Shown: in pieces, positions 26,514 through 37,682 of the stretch | Layout of the letters: every line of letters starts with the position of its first letter | Numbering within the stretch: the first letter of the stretch is position 1 | From: Candidatus Bathyarchaeia archaeon | GTDB taxonomy: Archaea; Thermoproteota; Bathyarchaeia; Bathyarchaeales; Bathycorpusculaceae | Length of the DNA stretch: 64,000 nt | Assembly: GCA_049521795.1 (NCBI GenBank) | Contig: JBEKOM010000006.1 | Span: forward strand, 1-64,000 | Reading direction: 5' to 3' | Notes under the pieces: generated by a model | Databases searched by the model: none | What the model was told of the DNA's origin: nothing | What the model saw: only the letters and a program-made list of their open reading frames with translations | Position numbers and translations under genes: made by a program

Positions 26514-28724
26514 TTGTCTGTTCCCCAACGGGTCCGCGGGGTCAGGATACTGAAGGCTGTCTCCTCACCTTTGAGGCTGCAGATCTTAAACCTGCTTTTT
26601 GACGAGGGCCCGCTCTCCTACACCGAACTGATGGGTTCCCTCAAGATGAACCCCAGCAGGGATGCCGGAAGGTTTGCGTACCACCTGAAATTCCTGCTCA
26701 AGGCGGACCTGATTGAAGCGGACGTCGAGGCAAGGAAATACTGCCTAACCGAACTTGGGAAGATGGTCATTGATGTTGCGGACAAGATTGACAAAAAAGC
26801 CTTCAAGCCCAGAAGCGCACTTGTTCGCACGAGCCGTCCTGCACTTGAAGAGTTTGACGCTAACAAGATCGCGAGTTCCTTGACAAGAGAAGCGAAGATG
26901 CCTGCCGAGCTTGCGCAAAGGGTGGCCAAAGAAGCAGAGAAACAGCTGATTCGGTCAAGAACGAAGTATTTGACTGCTCCACTCGTGAGAGAGGTCGTGA
27001 ACGCGATCTTGATAGAGAAAGGCTTGGAAGAGTACCGACACAAGCTCACACGGGTGGGGATACCTGTTCACGACGTAACCAGTCTGTTAGAATCGAGGAA
27101 CAGAAATCTTTACGAAACGGTCTCAGCCCAGGAATCAGCCGGTGAAACAGTCTTCAAGGAGTACACGCTGCTAAACGTTCTCCCAAGAGACATTTCAGAT
27201 GCTCACTTGTCAGGTTCCCTGCACATCAACGGCCTAAGCTCATGGATCCTGAAGCCCAGCGAAATATTGCACGACCTCAGATTCTTCTTAGGAAACGGTT
27301 TAGACCTAGAGAGAATTAACCCGCTGCAACAAGGCCAATCAGCACCTCGAGACTTGCAGGCCGCGCTGTCTTTGACCTTCAACGCTCTTCTGCACAGCGG
27401 TAAAGAAGTCGACACGTCGCAGACACTCGACTACTTTAACGTGTTCCTAGCCCCGTTCGCTAAGGATGCTGAACCCTCTAAGGTCAAAGAAGCTTTGCGG
27501 TTGTTCACTGCAAGCCTGGCTCAGCACACGCGTGTTTCGCTAGGCCTAGAGCTGACTGTTCCAGACTTCTTGGCCGAGAAGCAAGCGGTGGGACCGGATG
27601 GAAAGCACGTCGGCACCTACGCAGAATTCACCGAGCAGGTCCAGCTTTTGGCATCTCTCTTGCTTGACGTCTTCGCTGAAGAAGGCGGCTGTAAACCGCT
27701 GACGAACCCAGAGCTCATCCTGAAAATACGCGCAGAAACCACCTCGAATGAGAGAGCAAGGGCGTTGCTGCTGAAAGCTCACAGCTTGGCTTCAGAAAGA
27801 GGCGTTCTATACTTTGCTAACGCGTTCAAGAAGGAGAGGAAACGTTCTGTTTTTTCTTCATCAGGGCTTCTGCTCGACGCAGATTTGAACGGCGACTGGG
27901 AAACTGATACGTTACGCACCGGGTGTCTCGGAGTTGTAACGATCAATGTTCCGCGGATTGCGCTTGAATCGTGTGGAGACCAGACGAAATTCCTTGAATT
28001 TCTGAAGGAAAGGATTGAGATGGCAAACAGGGCCCTAGAAATCAAACATCGGGCCCTGACCCATCGCGGCGAGAATCTGCTGCCGTTTATCATGCAAGGC
28101 GGCAATGGTGACCAGTACTTCAGACTTGAAAGCTGTTCTCGCATAGTAAACTTGGCGGGGTTGAAACAGGGTGCTGAAATGTTCTGCGGAAAGAATGCTG
28201 AAGACGCAAAAACATTGAACTTCTCCGAGGAAATCGCACGAGACGTTTCAGATTACGTTCAGAAGATCGGCAGAAGACGCGGAAAACGCTTATCCACCGC
28301 GATGCTTCCCAACCGCGAAGCTTCTGAGAGACTAGCCCAATTGGACATCGAAAGGTATGGAGTTGCGAAAGTGAAATTTTCAGGCCTGAGAGAGAAGCCT
28401 TTCTACTCCACTGTCAACCGAATACCGATTATCGACGGACGGGTCGCAGAAGAAGCGTTGACGTTTGAAGACAAGCTGGCCGGAGCGCATGTTGGTGGAA
28501 GCCTAACGGTCGTCGACCTTGGCGAGAGCAAGCACGAACCTGAAGAGCTTATGACAATTACGAAACAGCTCACCGAAAGTCACAACGTAGACGTCTTCAC
28601 TTATGACCGCAAACTCACCTACTGCGTCAACTGCAAGAAAAGCTGTTTCGGCCTACTGCACAAGTGCCCCTCATGCGGAGCAGTCGGTACGTTGGCCTTC
28701 CTTGACAGGTTCATGGGCACCTGA
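26514..28724 (+). CDS. ArsR-type HTH + ATP-cone + class III ribonucleotide-reductase (NrdD)-like fusion, probably catalytically inactive
   Basis: SSPLRLQILNLL..FAYHL HTH; ATP cone EEFDANKI..APLVREVV; NrdD-like HDLRFF, TINVPRIA, C-terminal CxxC..CPSCG. Confidence 0.85.
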   Translation: MSVPQRVRGVRILKAVSSPLRLQILNLLFDEGPLSYTELMGSLKMNPSRDAGRFAYHLKFLLKADLIEADVEARKYCLTELGKMVIDVADKIDKKAFKPRSALVRTSRPALEEFDANKIASSLTREAKMPAELAQRVAKEAEKQLIRSRTKYLTAPLVREVVNAILIEKGLEEYRHKLTRVGIPVHDVTSLLESRNRNLYETVSAQESAGETVFKEYTLLNVLPRDISDAHLSGSLHINGLSSWILKPSEILHDLRFFLGNGLDLERINPLQQGQSAPRDLQAALSLTFNALLHSGKEVDTSQTLDYFNVFLAPFAKDAEPSKVKEALRLFTASLAQHTRVSLGLELTVPDFLAEKQAVGPDGKHVGTYAEFTEQVQLLASLLLDVFAEEGGCKPLTNPELILKIRAETTSNERARALLLKAHSLASERGVLYFANAFKKERKRSVFSSSGLLLDADLNGDWETDTLRTGCLGVVTINVPRIALESCGDQTKFLEFLKERIEMANRALEIKHRALTHRGENLLPFIMQGGNGDQYFRLESCSRIVNLAGLKQGAEMFCGKNAEDAKTLNFSEEIARDVSDYVQKIGRRRGKRLSTAMLPNREASERLAQLDIERYGVAKVKFSGLREKPFYSTVNRIPIIDGRVAEEALTFEDKLAGAHVGGSLTVVDLGESKHEPEELMTITKQLTESHNVDVFTYDRKLTYCVNCKKSCFGLLHKCPSCGAVGTLAFLDRFMGT

Positions 28725-28747
28725 TCCGTGAACGAGAAAGCAGTTTG

Positions 28748-29695
<948 letters not shown>

Positions 29696-29772
29696 CTACT
29701 AGATAAGAATTTGTAGCATCGCTTTTCAAGAGAAGAGCTGCTTAAGGGCAGTTGAGGATCAGCTTTGTTTGC

Positions 29773-30240
29773 TTACATTCTTGTTAAAGATTTTTCGTAG
29801 TCAACAACGATGCATTTCTTGCCTTTCCGAATCACCTTGTGTCCCTCTTTCTCCAATAGCTTTCTTTGTCCTTCAACTCCCCCTGGATACTTCTCGTTTA
29901 TCACTCCGCCAACTTTCAAAGTGCGCCAGTAAGGCGTAATTTCCTTGCCCTTTACAGCTTGTTCTTCTGCAGCCCCAGCTGCGATGCGAGCAAAGATGCC
30001 CGTCGTGATGGGACAACCGATTGAAGCACTGTGTTTCCTCGCTAATGCTTCGCGAATCTCATTTATCGTAGTAACTTTACCTTCGGGCACCTTCCTCATG
30101 ATTTCATCAACTTCCTTCGGTGCCGGGATGACCACTGTGCCTGTGCCCCACCTCTTTTTCATCTTAGCAGTGATCTTCTCAACTCTTGGCAAACCCTTAC
30201 CGTCCTCGAGCTTTTCAGACCAACTCTTTTTCCCTGGCAC
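29773..30240 (-). CDS. Alkyltransferase-like (MGMT DNA-binding domain) protein
   Basis: VPEGKVTT and TPYWRTL (no PCHR cysteine). Confidence 0.8.
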   Translation of the reverse strand: MPGKKSWSEKLEDGKGLPRVEKITAKMKKRWGTGTVVIPAPKEVDEIMRKVPEGKVTTINEIREALARKHSASIGCPITTGIFARIAAGAAEEQAVKGKEITPYWRTLKVGGVINEKYPGGVEGQRKLLEKEGHKVIRKGKKCIVVDYEKSLTRM

Positions 30241-30458
30241 GTTATCCCCGAATCCAGTTTTCAGCCATTCCTAATAAGCCTTGAGACTCGTTCACAGCAC
30301 AAATCGACACGCTCACTTCATCTTGCGACTTCAGAAAACCCCTAAAGAATCTGGCGGTCTCAATTCTATTCACAATTGGAAAAGCCTCACTCCCCCAGAG
30401 ATTAAAGTCTTTTATCTGCGGTTGTGGTATTACCGTTTTCTTGGAAGGGGGTTTCGAA

Positions 30459-30929
30459 ATGACCGAGACTGAGTTGCGGGTTTCAAAGATCAAGGATGGC
30501 ACGGTTATCGATCACATAACGAGAGGACACGCGTTGGACGTTGTCAAGATTCTGGGCATCACAGGAAACGACAAGGGCCCTATCACGATCGCCATTAATG
30601 TTCCGAGTAAGCGGTTAAAGACGAAGGACATCGTCAAGATAGAGGGCAGGGAGTTGAAGCCACAGGAGGTTCACAAGATAGCCTTGATCGCGCCGCATGC
30701 TAGCATCAACATCGTTCGCGACTACAAAGTCATAAGAAAGGAAGAGGTGAAGCTGCCAAGCGTCATTGACAACATTATCAAGTGTGCTAACCCAGCTTGC
30801 ATAAGCAACAGCAATGAGCCTGTCAAGGCCAGGTTCTACGTTGAATGCGAGGAACCGCTGTCATTGAAGTGCCACTACTGCGGCTACATTGTCGAGAAGA
30901 AAGATGTGTTGCAACAGTTTTGGTATTAG
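30459..30929 (+). CDS. pyrI: Aspartate carbamoyltransferase regulatory subunit
   Basis: IKDGTVIDHI, KDIVKIE, CANPACIS and CHYC zinc site. Confidence 0.97.
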   Translation: MTETELRVSKIKDGTVIDHITRGHALDVVKILGITGNDKGPITIAINVPSKRLKTKDIVKIEGRELKPQEVHKIALIAPHASINIVRDYKVIRKEEVKLPSVIDNIIKCANPACISNSNEPVKARFYVECEEPLSLKCHYCGYIVEKKDVLQQFWY

Positions 30930-31049
30930 TGTTGAACAATCAGACTGGCGAAACGTTTATATCGTAAGATAGCATATTCTATAACTAGATATGTCCGCTC
31001 CTGGACATATTGTATCCGTGCAGAACAGAAATACACGTGGTGAAAAAAC

Positions 31050-31388
31050 ATGATTGAAACCTTCACGTCCAACCTGTGGATAGTCGCGCCCAGCTTGTGG
31101 GCGTGTTTCATAATCTATGTAGTATGGTACTCTGCAAAAGCGAAGGATTACGCGCCCATTTCGCCTACGGAAGCCAGACAACTCTGGGTCATTCATCAGC
31201 AAGACTCCCACTGCAGCAGCAAGAAGTGGCGGCAACTGAGAAAACGAGGCACAACGGTAGGATTTGAATGCGGCTGCGGCCACAAGTACACGCAGCTACG
31301 CCCGATCGTGGCCCACCTACCCTCAACAGGAGTTCAGCTGCGGACCAGCGCGTTCAACAATGCCGAGGCTCGAAACAGAACCTCGTAA
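31050..31388 (+). CDS. Membrane-anchored small Zn-ribbon hypothetical protein
   Basis: N-terminal TM helix; H...C and ECGCG ligands. Confidence 0.6.
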   Translation: MIETFTSNLWIVAPSLWACFIIYVVWYSAKAKDYAPISPTEARQLWVIHQQDSHCSSKKWRQLRKRGTTVGFECGCGHKYTQLRPIVAHLPSTGVQLRTSAFNNAEARNRTS

Positions 31389-31410
31389 GAACCTGATCGG
31401 CAACCATGAT

Positions 31411-31863
31411 TCACTCGATTTGATTACAGGCTAGCCGGAATAGCTGTTCGAAGTAGACCCTTCCCAGCAACTTGCCTCTGCCCATTCCTGGACATTCCTT
31501 CGTGGAAGAGAAAACGAGCCTCCCGCTTCCCAGTGTTCTTAATTCGAACGGATAGTACCGGCAGACGAGCGGTCTCGAAGCGTATATCGTACATGTGTCC
31601 TCTTCAAGAAACAGACACCTACCGCTTGTGCTCTTCCTCATCTCATAGACATAGGGTTCGTAACCTTCCGTTCTGCACGCGAAATCTTCAACGGGCCTTG
31701 AGGCCGTTTCAGAGATGCTCTCCGCTTCTTTTTTCAACAAGAGAATGTGCCTGGCCCTCGCTTCTGTATCGCCGCAGCACAGCGCACATCTCGTGCATTG
31801 AAACCGGACATTCTTCGGGTACGCGAAGTTCGTACGAGTTCTAGACATCAACCAATGATGCAC
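31411..31863 (-). CDS. YkgJ/FliB-family cysteine-cluster protein
   Basis: CTRCALCC, CLFL, CTIY..RPLVCRYYPF motifs. Confidence 0.88.
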   Translation of the reverse strand: MHHWLMSRTRTNFAYPKNVRFQCTRCALCCGDTEARARHILLLKKEAESISETASRPVEDFACRTEGYEPYVYEMRKSTSGRCLFLEEDTCTIYASRPLVCRYYPFELRTLGSGRLVFSSTKECPGMGRGKLLGRVYFEQLFRLACNQIE

Positions 31864-32136
31864 GAAGCCAAGGGTAAAAACTGTTGCGCTTTATGCTTTG
31901 ATTCTCGGTTCCAACATTTCGCATTCAGAGCTTTTTCGAACCCAGAGTTCCTTTCCTCAGAGTGCACTTCTACCGTGGCTAATTCTGGACTAATGATCCT
32001 CAAAGTCTCTTCTTTCTTTATGCCGTCTCTGACGAGAAGCTTTCCGGCCTCTTTTGCGTCATTTCCAATTCATATGTTCGGGTCGCCTATACCTCAAGTG
32101 TTATTTACCTTTTCAGCTGATTAGAATTCTCAGGAT

Positions 32137-32631
32137 GTGAGCTATGTGGATTTAAAGACTCTTATGGAATACAGCCACGCGCTCAGGAATCGATACGTGG
32201 AACAGCTTGACACACTTCCTTGGGAGGAGGTTGTGAAGAGCCGTGGAGCCAGCTTTGATTCCTTGAGGAATATTCTTTTGCACGCGCTTGACGCTGAAGA
32301 TAGGATGGTTAACTACGTCATCCCCGGTCGTGTGAAAGACTGGGTTTCACGGAGCCCAGACGATTTTCAGAACATAGCTTCAATCCGAAAGCGCGCCAAG
32401 GAAGTTGAATCAAAGACTAACCTCTATGTCGCAAAGATAACTCCTGCCGAACTTGAAAGAAAAGTGCAATACTCGAGGCCCGGAATGCCGCCTCTAACAG
32501 TACGAGTGGAGGACATTCTGATCCACGTTGTTCTTGAAAACGTACACCACTTCGGCGAGCTGATCGCGCTCCTGTGGCAAATCGACGTAGAACCACCTCA
32601 CATGGGTTGGATAGCCTACCTGCAGAGATAG
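32137..32631 (+). CDS. DinB-family protein
   Basis: SLRNILLH..AE and HVVLENVHHFGEL motifs. Confidence 0.85.
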   Translation: MSYVDLKTLMEYSHALRNRYVEQLDTLPWEEVVKSRGASFDSLRNILLHALDAEDRMVNYVIPGRVKDWVSRSPDDFQNIASIRKRAKEVESKTNLYVAKITPAELERKVQYSRPGMPPLTVRVEDILIHVVLENVHHFGELIALLWQIDVEPPHMGWIAYLQR

Positions 32632-32781
32632 CCTCTTCACAGCTCGATGAATTAGCAGATTTCGCGCGGGCTAGTCGAGCTTCTTAGGATCAGTTAAACC
32701 AATCACTGAAAACGTGTTGGTTTGAACGAGGCTCAGAGAGTACGAGTCACCAGGAGCTGTACCACGCTTAGGATGCTGATG

Positions 32782-33963
32782 TTAGATCTTGTTGAAGGCC
32801 TGCTCCAGATCGGCGATTATGTCTTCTGGGTCTTCTATTCCCAGGGCCAGCCTTATGAGCTGATCCGTTATCCCTGCTTTTTTTCGGTCTTCAACGCTGA
32901 CGAAGTAGTGCGACGCCGTGACGGGCTGGGTGACCAGCGTTTCGGTTCCTCCGAGGCTGGAGGCTAAAGAACAGAGCTTCAGGTTTTCCACGAACTTGAC
33001 TGTCGTCTCAAAGTCTCTGTCGATTTCGAAGCTGACGACTCCGCCGAAGCCCGTCATCTGCTGCTTGGCAATTGCGTGTTGCGGGTGGCTTTCGAGGCCT
33101 GGGTAGTGCACGGTTTTGACTTTTGGATGTCTCTCAAGATACGTTGCCATCTTCATGCCGTTGGAGTTGTGTCTCTCCATTCGCAAGCCGAGAGTCTTCA
33201 GTCCACGTAGCAGTAGCCAAGCGGCTAGCGGGTCAAGAGTTCCGCCTAGGCTTTTGCGTGTTTTTTTCAGTTCTTGCACAAACCTTTCTGAACCGCATAC
33301 GACTCCAGCGGTCACGTCGTTGTGCCCACACAGGTATTTTGTGGCGCTGTGGACGACGATGTCGACGCCCAGGTCCGTAGGCTTCGTGTTGTATGGAGAA
33401 GCGAAGGTGCTGTCAACAACGACCGTGGCTCCTTTCTCTTTTCCGATCTTGGCGACTGCGGATAAGTCTACAACCTTGAGCGTAGGGTTCGTCGGGGTTT
33501 CGGCGTAGATGACCTTTGTGTTGCTTCTAGTAGCAGACCGTATTTCATCCAGGTCTGTTGCCTCCACTAGAGTCGTTTCCACGCCGAATTTCGGCAAGAC
33601 CTTGTTGAAGAATTCCAACGTTCCACCGTACAAGTCCCTGGTTGAGACAACGTGGTCACCTGATGAAACAAGCGTGAAAAAGGTTGTCGCAATGGCCGCC
33701 ATGCCGGATGAGAAAACCGCTGCGTCTTCACTCTGTTCAAGCTCAGCCATCTTGTTCTCAACACTTCTAGTCGTTGGATTCCCATACCTGGTGTAAACAT
33801 ACCCTTCGGCTTTTTCGCCCACAACGTCAACTAGTTGCTTTGTACTGGAAAATGCGAAAACGGATGTCTCATAGATCGGCTCGACAACAGGTCCCGTGAA
33901 AGAACCCCGCCTATTCCCTGCATGAACCGCTTTGGTTGAAAAACCCTTATCTCTTGAAACCAA
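32782..33963 (-). CDS. PLP-dependent Cys/Met metabolism enzyme (cystathionine gamma-synthase / methionine gamma-lyase family)
   Basis: YTRYGNPT, SSGMAA, ETPTNP, HSATKYLCGH and SLGG motifs. Confidence 0.93.
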   Translation of the reverse strand: MVSRDKGFSTKAVHAGNRRGSFTGPVVEPIYETSVFAFSSTKQLVDVVGEKAEGYVYTRYGNPTTRSVENKMAELEQSEDAAVFSSGMAAIATTFFTLVSSGDHVVSTRDLYGGTLEFFNKVLPKFGVETTLVEATDLDEIRSATRSNTKVIYAETPTNPTLKVVDLSAVAKIGKEKGATVVVDSTFASPYNTKPTDLGVDIVVHSATKYLCGHNDVTAGVVCGSERFVQELKKTRKSLGGTLDPLAAWLLLRGLKTLGLRMERHNSNGMKMATYLERHPKVKTVHYPGLESHPQHAIAKQQMTGFGGVVSFEIDRDFETTVKFVENLKLCSLASSLGGTETLVTQPVTASHYFVSVEDRKKAGITDQLIRLALGIEDPEDIIADLEQAFNKI

Positions 33964-34312
33964 CTTGTCACCCGCTCAATCAATAACGGAGGAAACAATT
34001 TTACTTTTCCCCACTGTGCAGGTGAATAGAGAAACGTTAAGGGCTCGTTCACGTGAAGAGTTTCGGCACTTCGTCGTCTTTTCACTTTGCAACAATGGCC
34101 TTAGTGCGATGGCTTGTCCCAGAATTCGCAAAAAACACGAATCTCAAAGCATATACATTTTGCATATACACTTTGCATATACAGTTGGCAAGCATTGTTA
34201 AAAACGCTGAGAGTGTTCAGGTCGGGATGCGGAGCTGTGCGGGCTGTTCAAGTGCGCACGCACAACAAAGGGACTGGGCAGCGCGTTTCCCATATAACCC
34301 TGTTAAGCAGAT

Positions 34313-35059
34313 TTGAAGAGGAAGAGCGGTGAGAAGATACGGATTAAGAATGTTCTGTTTGATTTCGGCGATACGTTGGTGCAGGCGTCCCCTCAGTACG
34401 GTCTCGACTCTTGCTTGTCGTGTCTTCTGAAGAGTCTGGCACGCAACGGCATCATGGTTTCCCTTGAGGACTTCAAGGGAGCTTATGAGATGACTTATGA
34501 GAGAATCCTTGCCGGCAACTCTTTTCGAGAAGTGCCGTTCAGCGTGGTGGTTTCCCGAACACTCGGTCTGTGCGGCGTTTCTTTGAAGCCAGCGGATGAG
34601 GCGGTCGTGGAAGCGACGAAAGCTTTCATGAAGTGCTGGGTCCAAGCGAGAACGATGGAGAGAAGCGTCCCCTCAGTGTTTCGGACGTTAAGAAAGAGGT
34701 ACAGGTTGGGCGTCGTCTCTAACCTGGCGTATTCGCCTGCGGTCAGTAGGACTCTGATGCGGTTCGGTGTGGCTGAGCTTTTCGACGTGATTGTCGTGTC
34801 GGCTGATGTTGGATGGCGAAAGCCAAGCTCGAGGATTTTCTGGAAGGCTTTGCAGCTCATGCGAATATCGGCTTCGGAGACGGTGTACGTGGGAGACGAG
34901 CTGGACCATGACGTTGAAAGCGCCCAGAAAGTGGGATTGCACACCATATTGCTGAAGAGACCGTCAACCAACATGGCTGCAAGCAACGCTAAACCTGACA
35001 TAATAATTCGTGAATGGAGAGAACTACCCAATGCTGTCAAAGCCCTAGAGAGACTTTGA
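34313..35059 (+). CDS. HAD-superfamily hydrolase
   Basis: LFDFGDTL, VVSN, RKP and YVGDELDHDV motifs. Confidence 0.9.
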   Translation: MKRKSGEKIRIKNVLFDFGDTLVQASPQYGLDSCLSCLLKSLARNGIMVSLEDFKGAYEMTYERILAGNSFREVPFSVVVSRTLGLCGVSLKPADEAVVEATKAFMKCWVQARTMERSVPSVFRTLRKRYRLGVVSNLAYSPAVSRTLMRFGVAELFDVIVVSADVGWRKPSSRIFWKALQLMRISASETVYVGDELDHDVESAQKVGLHTILLKRPSTNMAASNAKPDIIIREWRELPNAVKALERL

Positions 35060-35360
35060 ACCGCTTGCGAAAAAGCTCACTGTCAGCGCGGCACCAGGGT
35101 CCAACTCTTATCCCCGGCTTCCGAGCGTAAACCCATAGACTCACTCTTCCTGGCAAACCCTGGACCTACCCCTCCTAGGTTTCAACGTACCATGGATATT
35201 TGGATCCAAATATTTCAGGGCGTGGACGCCGGCGATCGCCAAGTTCATGGGTTATAGCAACAAACCTTGCTTGACGTTTTCCATCCAGTACGCGAAGATT
35301 TCCTTCAAAGGCTAAATGAACAAACGCCTTTTTAGCGCGCGCTTTAAGTAGCGCGTCAAT

Positions 35361-36347
35361 TCAATGCTCTTTAGCGGGTGCTTTCAAAGTTTCTAAGGCC
35401 TTTTCTGCCCAATTCGGGTCCTTCCAGAGTGCTCTGCCCACGGCCACCAAGTCAACTTTGCCGTCTCGAACCAGTCTGTCAGCTTGCTCGGCCTCGGTGA
35501 TTCCTCCTACGCCTATGATTGGAGCGTTGACGACCTTCTTTATCTCGTAGGCCTGAGGAATGAAGTAACCCTTGACGTTTCGAAGCTGCTTGGGTTCGCT
35601 TCCACAAAGGCCGCCTGAAACGTCGATAATGTCGACGCCACTTTGCTCAAGCTTCAAGGCAAAGGCAGCCGAATCCTCTACGCGCGTTCCTTTCGGGGCA
35701 AGGTCGTCCGCGCCCAAACGGTAGAGCAGAAGTTTGTCTCTAATTGTTTCTCGAACCGCGTTAGCGACCATGAGGGGAAAACGTATCCTGTTCTCCAAGG
35801 AACCCCCGTACTCGTCTCTACGTCTGTTCATCAGGGGCGAGAAGAACTGGTTAAGCAGGAAACCGTGCGCCCCATGAAGTTCTACCCCGTCAAAACCGGC
35901 TCTGACCGCGCGATCGGCGGCCACGGCGAACTCTTCTACCAAAGCCTCAATCTCATTTCTTGTCAGTTCGCGGCTTTTGTCCGTTGCAGAGGGGCCCGTA
36001 GGCTCTGCGCCGATTATTTTCTCGTTCGCGATACCCCCCGCATGGGTAATCTGTAGAATGACAGGAGTGTCGACCGCGTGTATGGCGCCCGTAAGCCTCT
36101 CTAACCCGTAGATCAACTCGTCATCGTATATGCCTAGCTGCTTTGGACTCAACTTTCCACTTGCAGAAACGTAAGAGTGTTCCACTATGAGCAGGCCTAG
36201 AGCCGCTGAACGCCTAACGTAGAAGTTGATGAGCCTGTCAGTGACGGCGCCCTTAACCGTGGCTCGACCCGTCTGCATGGGAGGCATGACTATCCGGTTC
36301 CTGAATATCAGATCCTTCACTTTCAGAGGATCAAGAAGCCCCGCCAA
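35361..36347 (-). CDS. NADH:flavin oxidoreductase (Old Yellow Enzyme family)
   Basis: NRIVMPPM, GFDGVELHGAHGFLLNQF and DEYGGSLENR motifs. Confidence 0.93.
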   Translation of the reverse strand: MAGLLDPLKVKDLIFRNRIVMPPMQTGRATVKGAVTDRLINFYVRRSAALGLLIVEHSYVSASGKLSPKQLGIYDDELIYGLERLTGAIHAVDTPVILQITHAGGIANEKIIGAEPTGPSATDKSRELTRNEIEALVEEFAVAADRAVRAGFDGVELHGAHGFLLNQFFSPLMNRRRDEYGGSLENRIRFPLMVANAVRETIRDKLLLYRLGADDLAPKGTRVEDSAAFALKLEQSGVDIIDVSGGLCGSEPKQLRNVKGYFIPQAYEIKKVVNAPIIGVGGITEAEQADRLVRDGKVDLVAVGRALWKDPNWAEKALETLKAPAKEH

Positions 36348-36467
36348 CTGCCAACACCAAGCAGACTACAGACTGGTCCACGTCTATAAGAGCATATCAC
36401 AAATGCGATACGAAGATAGCCACAAAAACTTTCAGGGATCCCATTAATCTCGGTTAACTAGCATTGT

Positions 36468-36998
36468 CTAAGGGCTTTGCTCGAGTGAATGGTAGAAGAC
36501 GTATTCTTTTGCTCCTTTCAAGTATCCTCCTTCTTTGTATCCATGTTCTCGAAATGCAGCCAGTGCTGCAGGATGATCAGCATAGAACACGAGGTCAGCA
36601 TAGCCTTTGCTTTTCATGAAGGTTTCAAAGAAATCTAGGAACTCGTTCCCGTAACCCTTTCCCCTATATTTCTCGATCAACCACCATTCATGAAGCTCAA
36701 CAAAGTCTTTCTTATTGCCAAGAAGCTTCCTCAATGCTTCTCTGTCTTCCTTGTTTCTGGGATCACCTTTTCTGTGTTCTTCAGTATTGCTTTCATGCCA
36801 GACTGCGTGACCCACGATCTTGTTCTTCTCTCTCCAAACGATGAGCTGAGATGGATGCTTGATCACAACGTTCATCATGTAGTCGAGATTTTCATCATAG
36901 CCATCAGTGAGTCCACCTAACTTCATACGTTCGTAAATGTCACTGTTCCTGTAGTATCTCCTGAACTCGTCCAAATCACAGCCAACCTCAAATCTCAA
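36468..36998 (-). CDS. GNAT N-acetyltransferase
   Basis: KYRGKGYG acetyl-CoA motif A. Confidence 0.8.
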   Translation of the reverse strand: MRFEVGCDLDEFRRYYRNSDIYERMKLGGLTDGYDENLDYMMNVVIKHPSQLIVWREKNKIVGHAVWHESNTEEHRKGDPRNKEDREALRKLLGNKKDFVELHEWWLIEKYRGKGYGNEFLDFFETFMKSKGYADLVFYADHPAALAAFREHGYKEGGYLKGAKEYVFYHSLEQSP

Positions 36999-37552
36999 GG
37001 ACTAGCTACCCCCTCACCTTTGATCGTTGAAGTTTCTGTTCTCTTTTCTTCATTTTACTAGAACCTCATCAGTTCTTATGACTTGTGCCGGTCCGACAAT
37101 TTAACATCGAAAATCATGTCCAGCCACTGTCAATGTCAATAATGGCATGTAAAGTGGAGCACTTACGATTAAAAAAGTCTGCCTTCAGAGTTTGATCTTT
37201 GCTTTCTAGAAGTGGAAAATCCAAATATCTAACTGTGGCAGTGTTTCAAACGGTCCTAGCAATTGGAAAAGAAACACACAAAGCAAATAGAATGCATCTC
37301 TCGTGAAGACAGAAAGAGAGAAGCAAACAAACCTTTGTACCTTGCTAGGTATGAATGAATACAATCCTTTCTTACTAATTGAACATATTACACATCCACA
37401 CATGCATAGGCACAATGACGCACTCCAATACAAACTAGTTTCATTGAAGAGACGAATCCTAGATTCCAAATGCATTGTGGAAGCCATTGACTTAATTGGC
37501 CTAGAAACCAATGACCTAAACAACCCTGATTTGGGTTCTATTTCGGATAATG

Positions 37553-37629
37553 TGGCGCCGCCGATAGGACTTGAACCTATGACCGACTGGTTAACAGCCA
37601 GCCGCTCTACCTAGCTGAGCTACGGCGGC
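37553..37629 (-). tRNA. tRNA-Asn(GTT), intronless, CCA encoded
   Basis: GCCGCCG acceptor stem, anticodon loop CT-GTT-AA, GGTTCAAGTCC T-loop, ends GCCA. Confidence 0.97.
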
Positions 37630-37665
37630 ATTTTTGGAGGATTACAAGTTTTGGGTTTGCAGCGG

Positions 37666-37673
37666 TATTTAAG
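37666..37673 (-). promoter_or_regulatory. TATA box of tRNA-Asn
   Basis: CTTAAATA on the minus strand, about 37 nt upstream of the mature 5' end. Confidence 0.6.
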
Positions 37674-37682
37674 GTTAGTTGT

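Noticed and set aside
37303-37614. 103-aa ORF
   Set aside because: Runs antisense through tRNA-Asn and has no recognisable motif; the same applies to 55487-55705, which overlaps tRNA-Ser
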